From an uncultured delta proteobacterium (GTDB taxonomy: Bacteria; Desulfobacterota; Desulfobacteria; Desulfobacterales; Desulfosalsimonadaceae), in assembly GCA_963826785.1 (NCBI GenBank), contig CAWGYD010000005.1:192001-256000 (forward strand): a DNA stretch of 64,000 nt, written 5' to 3'. Positions 31,055-41,316 of the stretch are shown here, piece by piece. Both the position numbers and the translations under genes were made by a program. Position 1 is the first letter of the stretch, and each line of letters opens with the position of its first letter. The notes under the pieces are model-generated. The model saw only the letters and a program-made list of their open reading frames with translations. It made no database searches and was not told the DNA's origin.

Positions 31055-32068
31055 ATGGAATTTTTTGAAGAAATCGTTAGTTTTAAGAAACAGGCAAGCC
31101 CGTGGGGAAAAAGCGATGCGCTGATCCTGCTGGAGGATGAACTCCACGAGGCCCTTGAACTGTACTGGAAGACCGCAGGCCGCATCCTGGAAGGGAGCGG
31201 CACCCGGCTTTATGATGCACCGGAAGGATATTATGCGTTTTCAAGCAACTTCTTTTCCGCACTTTTCCTCTATTCCTATCACAGGGCCGGGATCGACCGG
31301 GGGCGCCGCGTGCTCTATGCCGCACTCAACCAGTGTATCCGGGGAATGGTCACCGGTGCCGACAATATCCTGGATGACGAATACAAGAAGACCCTGGAAA
31401 CCGATCTGCCGGAAGAGGGGACCCGGTTTCGATCGGTGCTCGACATCATGGTTTCAGATCGCGTCCTTTTCGATCTCCTGTCGCATGCCATGCCCGGCGA
31501 GGTAAAGAAGATTCTCGGCGCCAGCGCCGTCTCCCTGCGCGCCCTGGTCCGCAGCGGTGCCCAGGAAGCCGGGGAGGAGACCGGGGTCGGTGACATCCTT
31601 TCGCCGGATGAAATCATCCGTACCGTGCATCATTTCAAGACCGGGCTGCTGTTCCAGTCCCCCTGGGCGATTCCGAATTTTATGGAAAACCGGCTGGCCG
31701 CATCCGCTTCCGACATGTCGCGTGCGCTTTATGATGTGGGGCTCGGATGCCAGATCATGGATGACATGGTCGATCTTTCGGCCGACCTCCGGGACCGCCG
31801 CCATAACTATGTCGTCTCGCTTATCTGCCATGGTTTCGGGGATGCTGCGTGCAGGCGGATGGATGCGTTCACTGCCGCCGGCATCGATTTTCAAAGCGAA
31901 GATCTCCTGTCGGAGTTTCCAGGCGCCCGGGCCGTTGCCGAGACCAAAATTCGGGAGTACCTGGAGCGGGGGTTCGGCCTGCTGTTTGAGCCCCGCCACC
32001 AATTCCTGGTGGAGCCGGCCATCCGGTTTCTCTGGGAGCGGATCGGAGCCGCACTCCTCCGGAATTGA
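31055..32068 (+). CDS. Class I isoprenoid-synthase-fold protein (prenyltransferase/terpene synthase-like)
   Basis: Two Asp-rich motifs, ADNILDDE and QIMDDMVD, plus a KT motif (HFKTG). Confidence 0.6.
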   Translation: MEFFEEIVSFKKQASPWGKSDALILLEDELHEALELYWKTAGRILEGSGTRLYDAPEGYYAFSSNFFSALFLYSYHRAGIDRGRRVLYAALNQCIRGMVTGADNILDDEYKKTLETDLPEEGTRFRSVLDIMVSDRVLFDLLSHAMPGEVKKILGASAVSLRALVRSGAQEAGEETGVGDILSPDEIIRTVHHFKTGLLFQSPWAIPNFMENRLAASASDMSRALYDVGLGCQIMDDMVDLSADLRDRRHNYVVSLICHGFGDAACRRMDAFTAAGIDFQSEDLLSEFPGARAVAETKIREYLERGFGLLFEPRHQFLVEPAIRFLWERIGAALLRN

Positions 32069-33258
32069 AGGGATCCTTTTTGGAGAAACCCAGCATCTTC
32101 TGCATTCACTGGATCCGCACCGCATATCTGTTTCTGCTCCGCTCGGGCAGATCGACGCTGGCCCTTTCCCTGATGGTGGTGGCCGCAGTCGCGAGCCTGA
32201 TCTTCCTTTCCGCGTTTGCCGTAGGGGTAAACGACGCCATGATCCGCAATTCCGTGGGACTTTTTTCAGGTGATATCTCCGCAGCCGGCCTTCCTTCCGC
32301 AATGACCCCGCAGGACCTGCGGGTGAAGGGGGTCACCCGGGTGCTCAAGCGGGTCATGATTCCCGGAACACTTTCCTATGCAGGCCATTTTGAAACCCTG
32401 ACCCTGATCGGCATCCAACCGGCCAGGGAGCGGGAAACCACGGCCTTTCACCGGAAGATCATCCGGGGAACCGGCCTTCGTGCAGATTCCTCCCATATCT
32501 TGATCAGCACAGCAGTGGCGGAAAAATTGGGCGTCGATACCGGCGCGGTCATCCGGTTTACGGCAGGCGGCGAAAAACAGACAGTGGAATTGACGGTTTC
32601 AGGTATTTACCGCACCGGCATGCCGTTTCTTGATCAGGAAGCGGCCTTGTGCCCGGTCGATGTTCTACCGGTCAACCCCGGGGTGTGGTCGGCCGCCGTA
32701 TTTGTAAAAGCCGGGGTCTCCCCCGAATCCATCGTTTCTAAATATCACCGGCTTTTCGGCCGGACCGGATCATTTATCACCTGGAAGCAGATGATGCCGG
32801 ACCTGGTGCAGCTGATCCAGCTGAACTTCATCTCCATGAGCATCGTCATGGTTCTGGTTTTCGGGGTGGTGTCCCTCGGGATCGCCTGTGCGTTTGTCGT
32901 CTATATTTTCCGGAGCCTGCGGGAGTACGGCATCATGAAGGCCATGGGCGTGACCTCCGGCGAGGTGGCCTTTCTCATCGCCGCCGAGGTGGTGCTGGTC
33001 AACCTGGCGGCCTGCCTGGCGGGAGGGGTGATCGGCGCGGCGGCGGTGGTTATGTTTTCGCATATCGGCATCGACCTGGGGCATTGGACCAGCTACAACC
33101 CGTATTTTGCCGTTTCCGGGGAGATTTTTCCCCGTCTGACCCCGTACTCTCTTGTGGTTCCACCCGCCATGGCAATCATCTTCGGCCTTTTCTCCGCCAT
33201 ATGGCCGGCCCTGCTGGTGGCCCGAAAGCAGGCGGTCGATATCCTGAGAGGGGCGTGA
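32065..33258 (+). CDS. ABC transporter permease (LolC/E-MacB/FtsX family)
   Basis: N-terminal TM, periplasmic domain, REYGIMKAMG, three C-terminal TMs. Confidence 0.88.
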   Translation: MKGSFLEKPSIFCIHWIRTAYLFLLRSGRSTLALSLMVVAAVASLIFLSAFAVGVNDAMIRNSVGLFSGDISAAGLPSAMTPQDLRVKGVTRVLKRVMIPGTLSYAGHFETLTLIGIQPARERETTAFHRKIIRGTGLRADSSHILISTAVAEKLGVDTGAVIRFTAGGEKQTVELTVSGIYRTGMPFLDQEAALCPVDVLPVNPGVWSAAVFVKAGVSPESIVSKYHRLFGRTGSFITWKQMMPDLVQLIQLNFISMSIVMVLVFGVVSLGIACAFVVYIFRSLREYGIMKAMGVTSGEVAFLIAAEVVLVNLAACLAGGVIGAAAVVMFSHIGIDLGHWTSYNPYFAVSGEIFPRLTPYSLVVPPAMAIIFGLFSAIWPALLVARKQAVDILRGA

Positions 33259-33262
33259 AGAG

Positions 33263-33952
33263 ATGATCCAGGTACAACATTTGACCCAAACGTTTGCCTC
33301 GGGCCGGGGCCGGCTGCAGGCCCTTTCGGATATCTCTTTTTCAATGAAACCGGGCAGCGCCGCCGCCATCATCGGCAAATCCGGATCCGGAAAGACTACG
33401 CTGCTCAACTGCATCGGCGGGCTCCTGCGCCCGGAGCAGGGGAGGGTGACCTGCTTTGGAATCCCGATCCATGAACTGGGGGGAAAAGCGCTGAGCCTGT
33501 TCCAACGAAAGCGCCTGGGGTTTATTTTCCAGCATGGAAACCTTTTGTCCTATTACACGGTGGCCGACAACATGGCCCTTCCGCTGATCCTGAACGGGGT
33601 GGGTAAAAGGAAGCGCGAACACCGGGTGGCCTACCTTCTGGAGCGGATCGGCCTTCCCGGCGTCAACAATGCCCTGCCCGGCGAACTCTCGGGCGGGGAG
33701 GCCCAGCGCGTGGCTGCCGCCAGGGCCATCGCCCATTCCCCGCAGCTCATCCTGGCAGACGAACCCACCGCCAGTCTCGATTCCGAAACCGGCAAAGACC
33801 TGGCTGCCCTTCTGTTTGAAATGGTAAAAGCCGAAAAAAGCACCTTGATCCTTTCCACCCATGACCCTGAACTCCTCCATGCAGCCGACCCGGTATTCAC
33901 CATCCGGGACGGAAGAATCGCCGGGGGAGAAATGAACAACGGAGGGCTTTGA
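33263..33952 (+). CDS. ABC transporter ATP-binding protein (LolD-like)
   Basis: GKSGSGKT, LSGGEAQRV, ILADEPT. Confidence 0.93.
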   Translation: MIQVQHLTQTFASGRGRLQALSDISFSMKPGSAAAIIGKSGSGKTTLLNCIGGLLRPEQGRVTCFGIPIHELGGKALSLFQRKRLGFIFQHGNLLSYYTVADNMALPLILNGVGKRKREHRVAYLLERIGLPGVNNALPGELSGGEAQRVAAARAIAHSPQLILADEPTASLDSETGKDLAALLFEMVKAEKSTLILSTHDPELLHAADPVFTIRDGRIAGGEMNNGGL

Positions 33953-33955
33953 TCG

Positions 33956-34204
33956 ATGAAAACCGCAAAACGGCTATTCCTGATATTTCTTGCCGTCATT
34001 TCATTTTCCGGCTGCGCCTACCGGTACTACCTGGGAATGCACGGCCCGTCCATCCGGGAGTTTCCCGACATTCACAAAGGATACACCGAAGACTCCCAGT
34101 GCCTGGCCTGCCACGGGCCGGGCAGCGATTCCACCGCCACTCCCACCACCCATCCCGGATTTACCGGCTGCCTGAAGTGTCACAATGACAAGGAAAGTCA
34201 GTAA
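33956..34204 (+). CDS. Small diheme cytochrome c lipoprotein
   Basis: Lipobox FSGC; CLACH and CLKCH heme-binding motifs. Confidence 0.8.
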   Translation: MKTAKRLFLIFLAVISFSGCAYRYYLGMHGPSIREFPDIHKGYTEDSQCLACHGPGSDSTATPTTHPGFTGCLKCHNDKESQ

Positions 34205-34320
34205 CGGGTTTTTACCAGATAAATGGGTTCGATTTCCGGAGACAAATGCCTGCGGATGGGAGCCAGCGAAGTTTCAGCACAGGCGCACTGGCCGTGTCGA
34301 CTCTGTGGCTGTTCGCAGCA

Positions 34321-34782
34321 TCATCTTCCCATGCGCAGTTCCACAACGTTTTGAAACCGGCTGACAACGTAGTAGCAGGAGACGTTTAAGCGCATCAGCT
34401 GCGTGGACGGAGATGTTGCGAAATCGGATAGATGGGGATGTTTTTCAAGGAAAATATTTCGCAGCGCGATCAATTCATCGTCCGAAGCCACATCCACCGC
34501 TCCCGTGGCGGTGACCGCCAGGGCCTTAGCAAAATCAGAGGGTGCATTCGACCGGTTGTCGATCATCATCGCCGCCCGCGGGTCGGATTTCAGGTTCGCG
34601 TATTTTCGCGTGGCGGTTCCGGTTGCGAAAAAAATCGCCTTCAGATCCCCTGAGCAGGCAAATGCCATCAGGCTGGTATACGGCTGCCCGTGATCATGGG
34701 TCGCCAGAACAGCCAGACCCTGTGAGGCCATCAGGTCAGTCAGTGCACGCCACAATTCTTCTGTCGGATGTTCTTCATTCAT
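34321..34782 (-). CDS. Pyridoxamine 5'-phosphate oxidase-family FMN-binding protein
   Basis: LAVLAT..QPYTSLMAF..TRKYANL..PRAAMMID. Confidence 0.85.
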   Translation of the reverse strand: MNEEHPTEELWRALTDLMASQGLAVLATHDHGQPYTSLMAFACSGDLKAIFFATGTATRKYANLKSDPRAAMMIDNRSNAPSDFAKALAVTATGAVDVASDDELIALRNIFLEKHPHLSDFATSPSTQLMRLNVSCYYVVSRFQNVVELRMGR

Positions 34783-34790
34783 CGGGTTTA

Positions 34791-35357
34791 TTAATTCCTC
34801 AGTAAACGTGAAAATAAATGCAATATCCCCATTCCGCCATGCCCGACGACATATGCTTCAATCAACCCCGTCAATGTTTCATGGATTTCCTTTACGGACT
34901 CGGCCCAGGGTGCCATGAAACGCCAGGAAATAAACCAGGAGAATCCCGATAAAACAACCAGGGTCAATGCCCCAAGGCCCAGCCCCTGCACAATGGCCGC
35001 CATTCCATATGGACTTGCATCCGGCAGCTGGAATCGCTTCAGCTGCAAAAGATCCTTTTTCAATTGGGCGAAATTGCCATAGAAGTACGGGAAAAAATGT
35101 TTAAACCCATGATTTTTCATTTCGATAAAGATGAAAATAAAGGTAATCGGCAGCAGGGACAATCCGGTGCCGATGTGTATCCATGTTCCATAATATTCGG
35201 CGGCCTTTCGGCTGACCTCACCGTTATTCGCAAATCCCATGAAGTTGCTGACGATAATCTGGCTCAAGACCAAAAACAGAATGGCAATATGAAGAAATCG
35301 AACCGCCGGCGGCTGCTGTTCGCGCAAATAATCGGATACGACATGTATGACGCGCAT
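34791..35357 (-). CDS. Cytochrome b561/b-type membrane protein
   Basis: His-containing TM segments (FLH, WIH, EIH, GHGGMGILH); RBS GAAAGGTGA before ATG 35357. Confidence 0.8.
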   Translation of the reverse strand: MRVIHVVSDYLREQQPPAVRFLHIAILFLVLSQIIVSNFMGFANNGEVSRKAAEYYGTWIHIGTGLSLLPITFIFIFIEMKNHGFKHFFPYFYGNFAQLKKDLLQLKRFQLPDASPYGMAAIVQGLGLGALTLVVLSGFSWFISWRFMAPWAESVKEIHETLTGLIEAYVVGHGGMGILHLFSRLLRN

Positions 35358-35379
35358 TTTATCACCTTTCATTTGTTTT

Positions 35380-35510
35380 GATGCATTCGTAAAAAGTCGG
35401 GAATTTCCGCACCCGTCATTCCGGCGCAGGCCGGAAACCAGTTTTTTCAATCTGTCCTGGACCCCGGCCTGCGCCGGGGTGACGAACTTTGGACTCTTTA
35501 CGGTTTCATC
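35380..35510. mobile_element. MITE, same TIR family as 16773-16904
   Basis: GATGCATTCGTAAAAAGTC ... GACTCTTTACGGTTTCATC with GTCATTCCGGCGCAGGCCGGAA and ACCCCGGCCTGCGCCGGGGTGAC hairpins. Confidence 0.78.
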
Positions 35511-35563
35511 ATTTGTTAATGCATCCGTTATTCCATTGCTTTTGCCGCATGCCTTCCTTTGAA

Positions 35564-36847
35564 TCAGGAAAACGTCTCCTTTGGCGGGTTGTAATAGCCC
35601 AGCCGCAGAAACTGGTATTTTTTTTTAAGTTCACGGATCAGGGCGGGAATGCCCATGGCAGGGGATGGCGTGTAGCCGATGGCACTAAAGTAAAGATCCG
35701 GATCGATATTCAAATTGCGGGTCTGGATCATGTTTACCGGCATGGTGTCCAGAAAGCGGTACAGGGCCTGGACCTCTGTTTCCATGTCCGTGAACCCGGG
35801 CATGAAGAACAGGTTGATGGAAACGAAAATGCCGGCCGAAAGAGACACCTCGATGGCGGACAGGACGTCTTCGAAGCGATAGTTCACCGGATGGTGATAG
35901 GCCAGGTAATACTCCCGGGTGGGGGAGTTCATGCTGATACGGATGGAATCGAGCCCCGCTTCGATGAGCTTTCGCGCCATTTCCGGGTTCGACCCGTTGG
36001 TGTTGAGATTGATCGTTCCCCTGTCCGTTTCCTGCCGCACCATTCTGATGGCGCGCACCAGGTCCTCCCCCCGCAGCAGGGGCTCCCCTTCGCACCCCTG
36101 GCCGAAGCTGGCCACCGGCGTTTTCACCTTTTTAAAATGATGAATGATCACGTCGGCGATCTCTTCGGGGGTGGGCTTGAAATCAAGCCTGTGCTGGGGT
36201 TCGGTGAATCCGGACCGGTCGTCCTGGTGGGAGAGGCACCCGATGCATCCGGCATTGCAGGCCGGGGAAGTGGGAATGGGGGCTTCGTAGCGTTCCAGAA
36301 AGAAGTTGCGGGCGCACAGGCAGTCGTATTGGGTGGAGCATTTCGCCAGCTGCCGGATCAGCCGGTTTTTGGGATATTTCGCCTTTTTCCGGCGGATGGC
36401 TCTTAAAAGGGCGTCATAATCCTGGTGAATCTGCGGATCCGACCGGGGGTCTTCGTCGATGCGGATGGCCGGCACGTAAAAATCTTCGTCCATGAACACC
36501 ACCCCGGAATAGGCCCACAGGGGAAGCACCGGCGCATCCGGGGTTTTGTGACTCGCCGGAAGATAGGTCCGCAGATATCCCGAAGACAGAAAGGCCGAGA
36601 CCGCCCACGCGGGGCCGCCTTCTGGCGTTTTTCGCATGATTTTGTTTTTGCGGGTTAGCCGGTCATAATAGACCGGGTGCCGGCCGGGCAGGTAATAGAG
36701 ATAGCTGCCGAAGGGAAGCTTGATCAGATCATGCCGGTCCACCCGCACCCATTGACTGCCGGTGCGGAAAAGGGGTTCCCGGTCCGGATAGTCATAGACC
36801 TGCTCCTTCTGGTCGGCATATACAAGATCCACGGGACGGTGCTTCAT
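35564..36847 (-). CDS. Radical SAM protein
   Basis: CNAGCIGC, SFGQGCEGEP, INLNTNG; the likely start MKHRP overlaps the upstream gene's stop. Confidence 0.87.
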   Translation of the reverse strand: MKHRPVDLVYADQKEQVYDYPDREPLFRTGSQWVRVDRHDLIKLPFGSYLYYLPGRHPVYYDRLTRKNKIMRKTPEGGPAWAVSAFLSSGYLRTYLPASHKTPDAPVLPLWAYSGVVFMDEDFYVPAIRIDEDPRSDPQIHQDYDALLRAIRRKKAKYPKNRLIRQLAKCSTQYDCLCARNFFLERYEAPIPTSPACNAGCIGCLSHQDDRSGFTEPQHRLDFKPTPEEIADVIIHHFKKVKTPVASFGQGCEGEPLLRGEDLVRAIRMVRQETDRGTINLNTNGSNPEMARKLIEAGLDSIRISMNSPTREYYLAYHHPVNYRFEDVLSAIEVSLSAGIFVSINLFFMPGFTDMETEVQALYRFLDTMPVNMIQTRNLNIDPDLYFSAIGYTPSPAMGIPALIRELKKKYQFLRLGYYNPPKETFS

Positions 36848-38340
36848 GAGCCGGTATTTCCCTTCCCCGGTTTTCGATGGGACTGCGACCAGAGATACAG
36901 GGCAATGGCCGTGGCCGCAGATGCGTTTAACGATTCCACGGCTTCTGCAATGGGAATGGAAATGGCTTTTGGCCGCAGGTGAGCCGGCAGACCGGGGCCT
37001 TCCAGTCCCGGGAGGAAGGCAAAGGTATCCGGAAAATCGATCCTGGAGATATCTTCTCCTTCCCCGGACAGGGGGAGAATGGCCAGACTTTCGGGCAGTT
37101 CCGAAATCGAAGGGCCCTGGTACAGGTCTGCGTGAAACAGGTTGCCGCCGGAGGCCCGGATGGTCTTGGGGTGATACGGATGGGCGGATTCGGCCAGCAG
37201 GATCACCTGGTCCACCCCGAAAGCAACGGCCGACCGGATCACGGTGCCCACGTTTTCCGGGTCCTGGAAGGGGACCAGCAGGCTGCACCCGGGGAGCAGT
37301 CCTTTTTCGCACTGCCAGGGTTTGATGGGCGGGGTGCGCACCAGAAGCAGCGGGGCGCCGGTATCGAACGTATCGAGGGCCTTGAACAGGCCCGGGGCCA
37401 GGGCATACCATTTAAGGTGCCCGGGGGCGCCTTCCGGCGGCATCTGGCGGGTGTCCGGCGAAATCCAGGCATCGCAGAGATCCGGAAACCGGATCAGGAT
37501 TTCATGAATCGGCTTGGTGCCGGCAACGATGGCCATTTGATGCTTCTTGATGCCCCGGCCCGTAAGCAGCTTCTTTAAGGTCTTGAAGATAGGGTTCTGT
37601 TCGCTTTCGATTTCGTGAAAGGTGTACTTTTTCATGGCAGAAGATTTTTTCTCCGCGCCCGAGGGCACCAGGCGCTTGAATACCACCAGCCGGCGGTCGT
37701 GGGAAGTGTGCGGGATCCGGTAGGCAATGTCTTTTTCCAGTAAAAATTGTCCGGAAAACCGGTTTGCGGCATCCGCGATTTCATCCTCGCAGTGGGGCCC
37801 CTTCATGAAGATCACCTGTCCGCCTTCGGACACGCAGCCGGAGACCCGCTGGAGGGTATCGGGGATCTGTTCCACCGCCCGGGTGATCACGCCGGCAACG
37901 GGGGTTTCGAATCTTTCGGTGATGCTGTGGGCAATCACCCGGGTTTCTTTCAGGTTCAGCTGCTGAACCGCCAGGTTCAAGAAATCCGCCCGGTTCTTCC
38001 GGGTTTCGGCAAGAATCACATTCAGGTGCGGAAAGGCGATTTTCAAGGGAATGCCCGGCATGCCGGGGCCCGTCCCCAGGTCGAGCAGGGGGGAGGGAAG
38101 ATCGATCAGCTGCCCGGGCAGGATGGAGTCCACATAGAGTTTGAGCACCATGTTGGTAAAATTGTGAATCCGGGTGAGGTTCAGTTCGGGATTGAACCGG
38201 CGCAGTAATCTGTGATAGGACAACAGAAGGGCCATCTGGTCTTCTGAAAATTCGATCCCGGAGCGCTTCAGGAGTGACGACATCTCCTGCAGCCGCCCCG
38301 GGTCGGCATGGTCAGGTCGGTTGTTCATTTTTGCGTTCAT
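36844..38340 (-). CDS. rsmG: 16S rRNA m7G527 methyltransferase RsmG fused to a TrmH/SpoU methyltransferase
   Basis: NLTRI, LDLGTGPGMPGIPL, ITRAV, MKG; C-terminal QDPENVGTVIRSA, GLEGPG, ESLNASAA. Confidence 0.88.
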   Translation of the reverse strand: MNAKMNNRPDHADPGRLQEMSSLLKRSGIEFSEDQMALLLSYHRLLRRFNPELNLTRIHNFTNMVLKLYVDSILPGQLIDLPSPLLDLGTGPGMPGIPLKIAFPHLNVILAETRKNRADFLNLAVQQLNLKETRVIAHSITERFETPVAGVITRAVEQIPDTLQRVSGCVSEGGQVIFMKGPHCEDEIADAANRFSGQFLLEKDIAYRIPHTSHDRRLVVFKRLVPSGAEKKSSAMKKYTFHEIESEQNPIFKTLKKLLTGRGIKKHQMAIVAGTKPIHEILIRFPDLCDAWISPDTRQMPPEGAPGHLKWYALAPGLFKALDTFDTGAPLLLVRTPPIKPWQCEKGLLPGCSLLVPFQDPENVGTVIRSAVAFGVDQVILLAESAHPYHPKTIRASGGNLFHADLYQGPSISELPESLAILPLSGEGEDISRIDFPDTFAFLPGLEGPGLPAHLRPKAISIPIAEAVESLNASAATAIALYLWSQSHRKPGKGNTGS

Positions 38341-38391
38341 TGGCCGGTGCTTTATTTCTTGCTGTCAGCTGATCGTTTGGGACAATTTCTG

Positions 38392-39153
38392 GTGAATGGT
38401 TTAATCGATTCCCGCCCGTTTTTCTTTGTTCCCCGGTGGCCGGTGTTTCATGAGGACAACCACCTGCTGGTCCTATATAAACCAGCGGGCCTGTTAATTC
38501 AAGGAGATCATACCAGCGACCCCTCCCTGCTGGATCTGGCCCGGGACTGGATAAAGGAGCGCTACCGGAAACCGGGCCGGGTTTTTATGGGCATGGTGCA
38601 CCGCCTGGATCGCCCGGTGGCCGGCATTATCCTGTTTTGCCGCACCTCAAAAGCCGCCGCACGGATGAGCGAGCAATTCCGGCAGGGGACGATCAAAAAG
38701 ACCTATATGGCGGTGGTGGAAGGGCATCTGCCCGCGCCTTCCGGCCGCCTGGTCGATCATCTGCATCGCCAGGGCCGCTCCAGCATTGTCGCTGCCGCCC
38801 CGGACGATCGCAGCAGGGAAGCCTCGCTCTGCTACCGGGTCTTGGCAAGCGAAGGGGAGCGCAGCCTGGTGGAAATCGACCTGGAATCGGGCCGCCATCA
38901 CCAGATCCGGGTTCAGCTGGCCCATGCGGGGGCGGTCATCCTGGGAGATCTGCGCTACGGCGCCAGAGAGCCGATGCCCCAGCGTCAGATTGCCCTGTTT
39001 GCCAGGCGGCTGTCTTTTGTTCACCCCACTCTGAAACTGCCCTTTGAATATGAATGTCCATACCCGGCGGGATGGCCCTGGCCGTGTCATCTCGATGGTC
39101 CCGATGCCCCCCCCTGGAACTGGGAAGATCTGCGATGCCTCCTTCCAAAATAA
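38392..39153 (+). CDS. RluA-family pseudouridine synthase
   Basis: KPAG, VHRLDRPVAG, GRHHQIRVQL, GDLRYG; start uncertain. Confidence 0.9.
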   Translation: MNGLIDSRPFFFVPRWPVFHEDNHLLVLYKPAGLLIQGDHTSDPSLLDLARDWIKERYRKPGRVFMGMVHRLDRPVAGIILFCRTSKAAARMSEQFRQGTIKKTYMAVVEGHLPAPSGRLVDHLHRQGRSSIVAAAPDDRSREASLCYRVLASEGERSLVEIDLESGRHHQIRVQLAHAGAVILGDLRYGAREPMPQRQIALFARRLSFVHPTLKLPFEYECPYPAGWPWPCHLDGPDAPPWNWEDLRCLLPK

Positions 39154-39489
39154 TTGCCGGCCACCATCGTCGATCCCAAGTCCCCGTCGATTTACAGGTC
39201 ATAATATAATCATTTGAATTAATATCTAAATTTTTTTGGAAGCGGCCGACCGGCGAGCCAAAATCCAGCGCTGTTTTTCCATGAAAATTTATTTTTTTCG
39301 GCCCTCACTATTTCCTTGACACATTGTGGTTTTGAGATCACATTCCGACGAAAAAGGGCCGGCTTTTTGCCGGTTCCGAGCACGACAGGACCCGTCTGGA
39401 AAACACGGGCAACGCCTGGAAGCGGGCGACGTTTTTCAGATGGATTTTTCACTCGGTTAACGCAGCCATTTATGAATGGGAGACACACG

Positions 39490-40818
39490 ATGCAACAACC
39501 CCTGATTGCCCATCACGACGCAGCAAGCATCATCGAACAGGATGAAGAGGTTGAACCTCCAAGTCCCGTGCCGCTTTCCGCCAATCGCCGGGAAGCCCTT
39601 CTGCTCACCCCCGCCTCCTCCGTTATCCCCCTGCGCCGGAGTTACCGCCGGAAAACACTGAAGACTTTAAATAAAACGCAGATATTTCGTAAACAGTTCT
39701 ATCCCCATATACTCAACAAAGACTGGAACAGCTGGCAGTGGCAGGTCAGAAACCGGATCTGCTCCCAGGCCCAGATCACCCGCTTTCTGAGCCTGACTTC
39801 AGATGAGGAAAGCGCCTTTTCATACCTGAAAACCAAATTGCCGCTGGGCATCACCCCCTATTACATGAGCCTGATGCAGCGGGAAGGATCGGATTATCCG
39901 CTGCGCAAGACGGTGGTGCCCACGGTGCACGAGTTTTTCAAACTCCCCGGAGAGCAAAACGATCCCCTGGGCGAAGAGCACCAGAGCCCGGTACCCGGAC
40001 TGGTGCACCGGTACCCGGACCGGGTGCTGCTGCTGATCAGTGACTTCTGCGCCGCCTACTGCCGTTACTGCACCCGTTCGCGCATGGTGGGGCGCGGGAT
40101 CATCCACCCGGGTGAAAACCGCCTGGAGCGGGCCTTCGAATACATCCGCCAGACGCCCGCCATCCGGGACGTGCTCCTGTCCGGCGGAGACCCGCTGACC
40201 CTTTCGGACAAGAAGCTGGACTGGATTCTGTCCAAAATCCGGGAAATCGAGCATGTGGAAATCATCCGGATCGGGACCAAAACCCCGGCGGTGCTTCCAC
40301 AGCGGATCACTCCCCAGCTGGTGAAGATCCTCAAAAAATATCACCCGCTGCTGATGAGCATTCATTTCACCCACCCGGACGAATGCACGCCGGAATCCGC
40401 CGCCGCCTGCGCCATGCTGGCGGATGCGGGAATTCCCCTGGGGTCCCAGACCGTTCTGTTAAAAGGGGTGAATGACCAGGTCGATACCATGAAAAGCCTG
40501 GTTCACAACCTGCTCAAGATGCGGGTCCGGCCCTATTACCTCTACCAGTGCGACCCGGTCACCGGCACCAGCCATTTCCGGACGCCGGTGGAAACGGGTG
40601 TGGAAATCATCCGCGGACTGCGGGGGCATACCTCCGGATACGCCATTCCCACCTATGTGATCGATGCCCCGGGGGGCGGCGGCAAGATTCCGGTCATGCC
40701 CGATTACGTAGTGGATCGCACCGAAACGGAAGTGATTCTCACCAATTTTGAGAACCGGATATTTCATTATCCGACCACTACCGTGGAAACGGGCGAGGTT
40801 TGTCCCGGAGGCAACTAA
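39490..40818 (+). CDS. KamA-family radical SAM aminomutase (lysine 2,3-aminomutase-like)
   Basis: DPLGEE, HRYPDRVL, CAAYCRYCTRSR, SGGDPL, QTVLLKGVND, YVIDAPGGGGKIP; RBS GGGAGA. Confidence 0.92.
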   Translation: MQQPLIAHHDAASIIEQDEEVEPPSPVPLSANRREALLLTPASSVIPLRRSYRRKTLKTLNKTQIFRKQFYPHILNKDWNSWQWQVRNRICSQAQITRFLSLTSDEESAFSYLKTKLPLGITPYYMSLMQREGSDYPLRKTVVPTVHEFFKLPGEQNDPLGEEHQSPVPGLVHRYPDRVLLLISDFCAAYCRYCTRSRMVGRGIIHPGENRLERAFEYIRQTPAIRDVLLSGGDPLTLSDKKLDWILSKIREIEHVEIIRIGTKTPAVLPQRITPQLVKILKKYHPLLMSIHFTHPDECTPESAAACAMLADAGIPLGSQTVLLKGVNDQVDTMKSLVHNLLKMRVRPYYLYQCDPVTGTSHFRTPVETGVEIIRGLRGHTSGYAIPTYVIDAPGGGGKIPVMPDYVVDRTETEVILTNFENRIFHYPTTTVETGEVCPGGN

Positions 40819-41316
40819 ATGGAAACCCATATCTGCCTGTGCGCCCTGTGCGCCGGGCGCGGTCTGACCTGCTGCCAGGGGGCGGACCGGGATATTTTCG
40901 TCACCGCCGGTGATGTCCGCCGGATCAGCGGCATCACCGGCCATCTTGATTTCTTCGAATTCCGGCGACCGGTGAATACCGCCTACTGCGGGGATGATGC
41001 AGACCCGGTCTGGTCGCTCAAAGTATTTCGGCCGGACGGGACCCGCCGGGTGCTGAAAAAAAACCCTTCCGGCGACTGCATTTTTCTGACCCCAAACGGC
41101 TGTGTGCTGCCCCTGCATTTGCGGCCCCTGATCTGCCGGCTTCACCCGGTGGACTATACAGCGGAGAAAATCCTGCCGGAATTGGCGCCGGGATGCCCGG
41201 TGGACCTTCTGGAACCCGGCGCCAATCTATTGCAGTCCATTGGAATCGACCCGCAGGAAGTGATCGGATGGCACCGGGCCCTCTATGCGGAAATCACATC
41301 GGAAAATACATTATGA
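40819..41316 (+). CDS. YkgJ-family cysteine-cluster (Zn/Fe-chelating) protein
   Basis: CALC..TCC, CIFL..GC, RPLICRLHP. Confidence 0.8.
   Translation: METHICLCALCAGRGLTCCQGADRDIFVTAGDVRRISGITGHLDFFEFRRPVNTAYCGDDADPVWSLKVFRPDGTRRVLKKNPSGDCIFLTPNGCVLPLHLRPLICRLHPVDYTAEKILPELAPGCPVDLLEPGANLLQSIGIDPQEVIGWHRALYAEITSENTL

Noticed and set aside
36848..37411. N-terminal extension of the radical SAM ORF (also the extensions of ORFs starting at 35450, 39316, 41193 and 42008)
   Set aside because: They overlap upstream genes, MITEs or intergenic DNA; downstream starts with an RBS or stop/start coupling are better.
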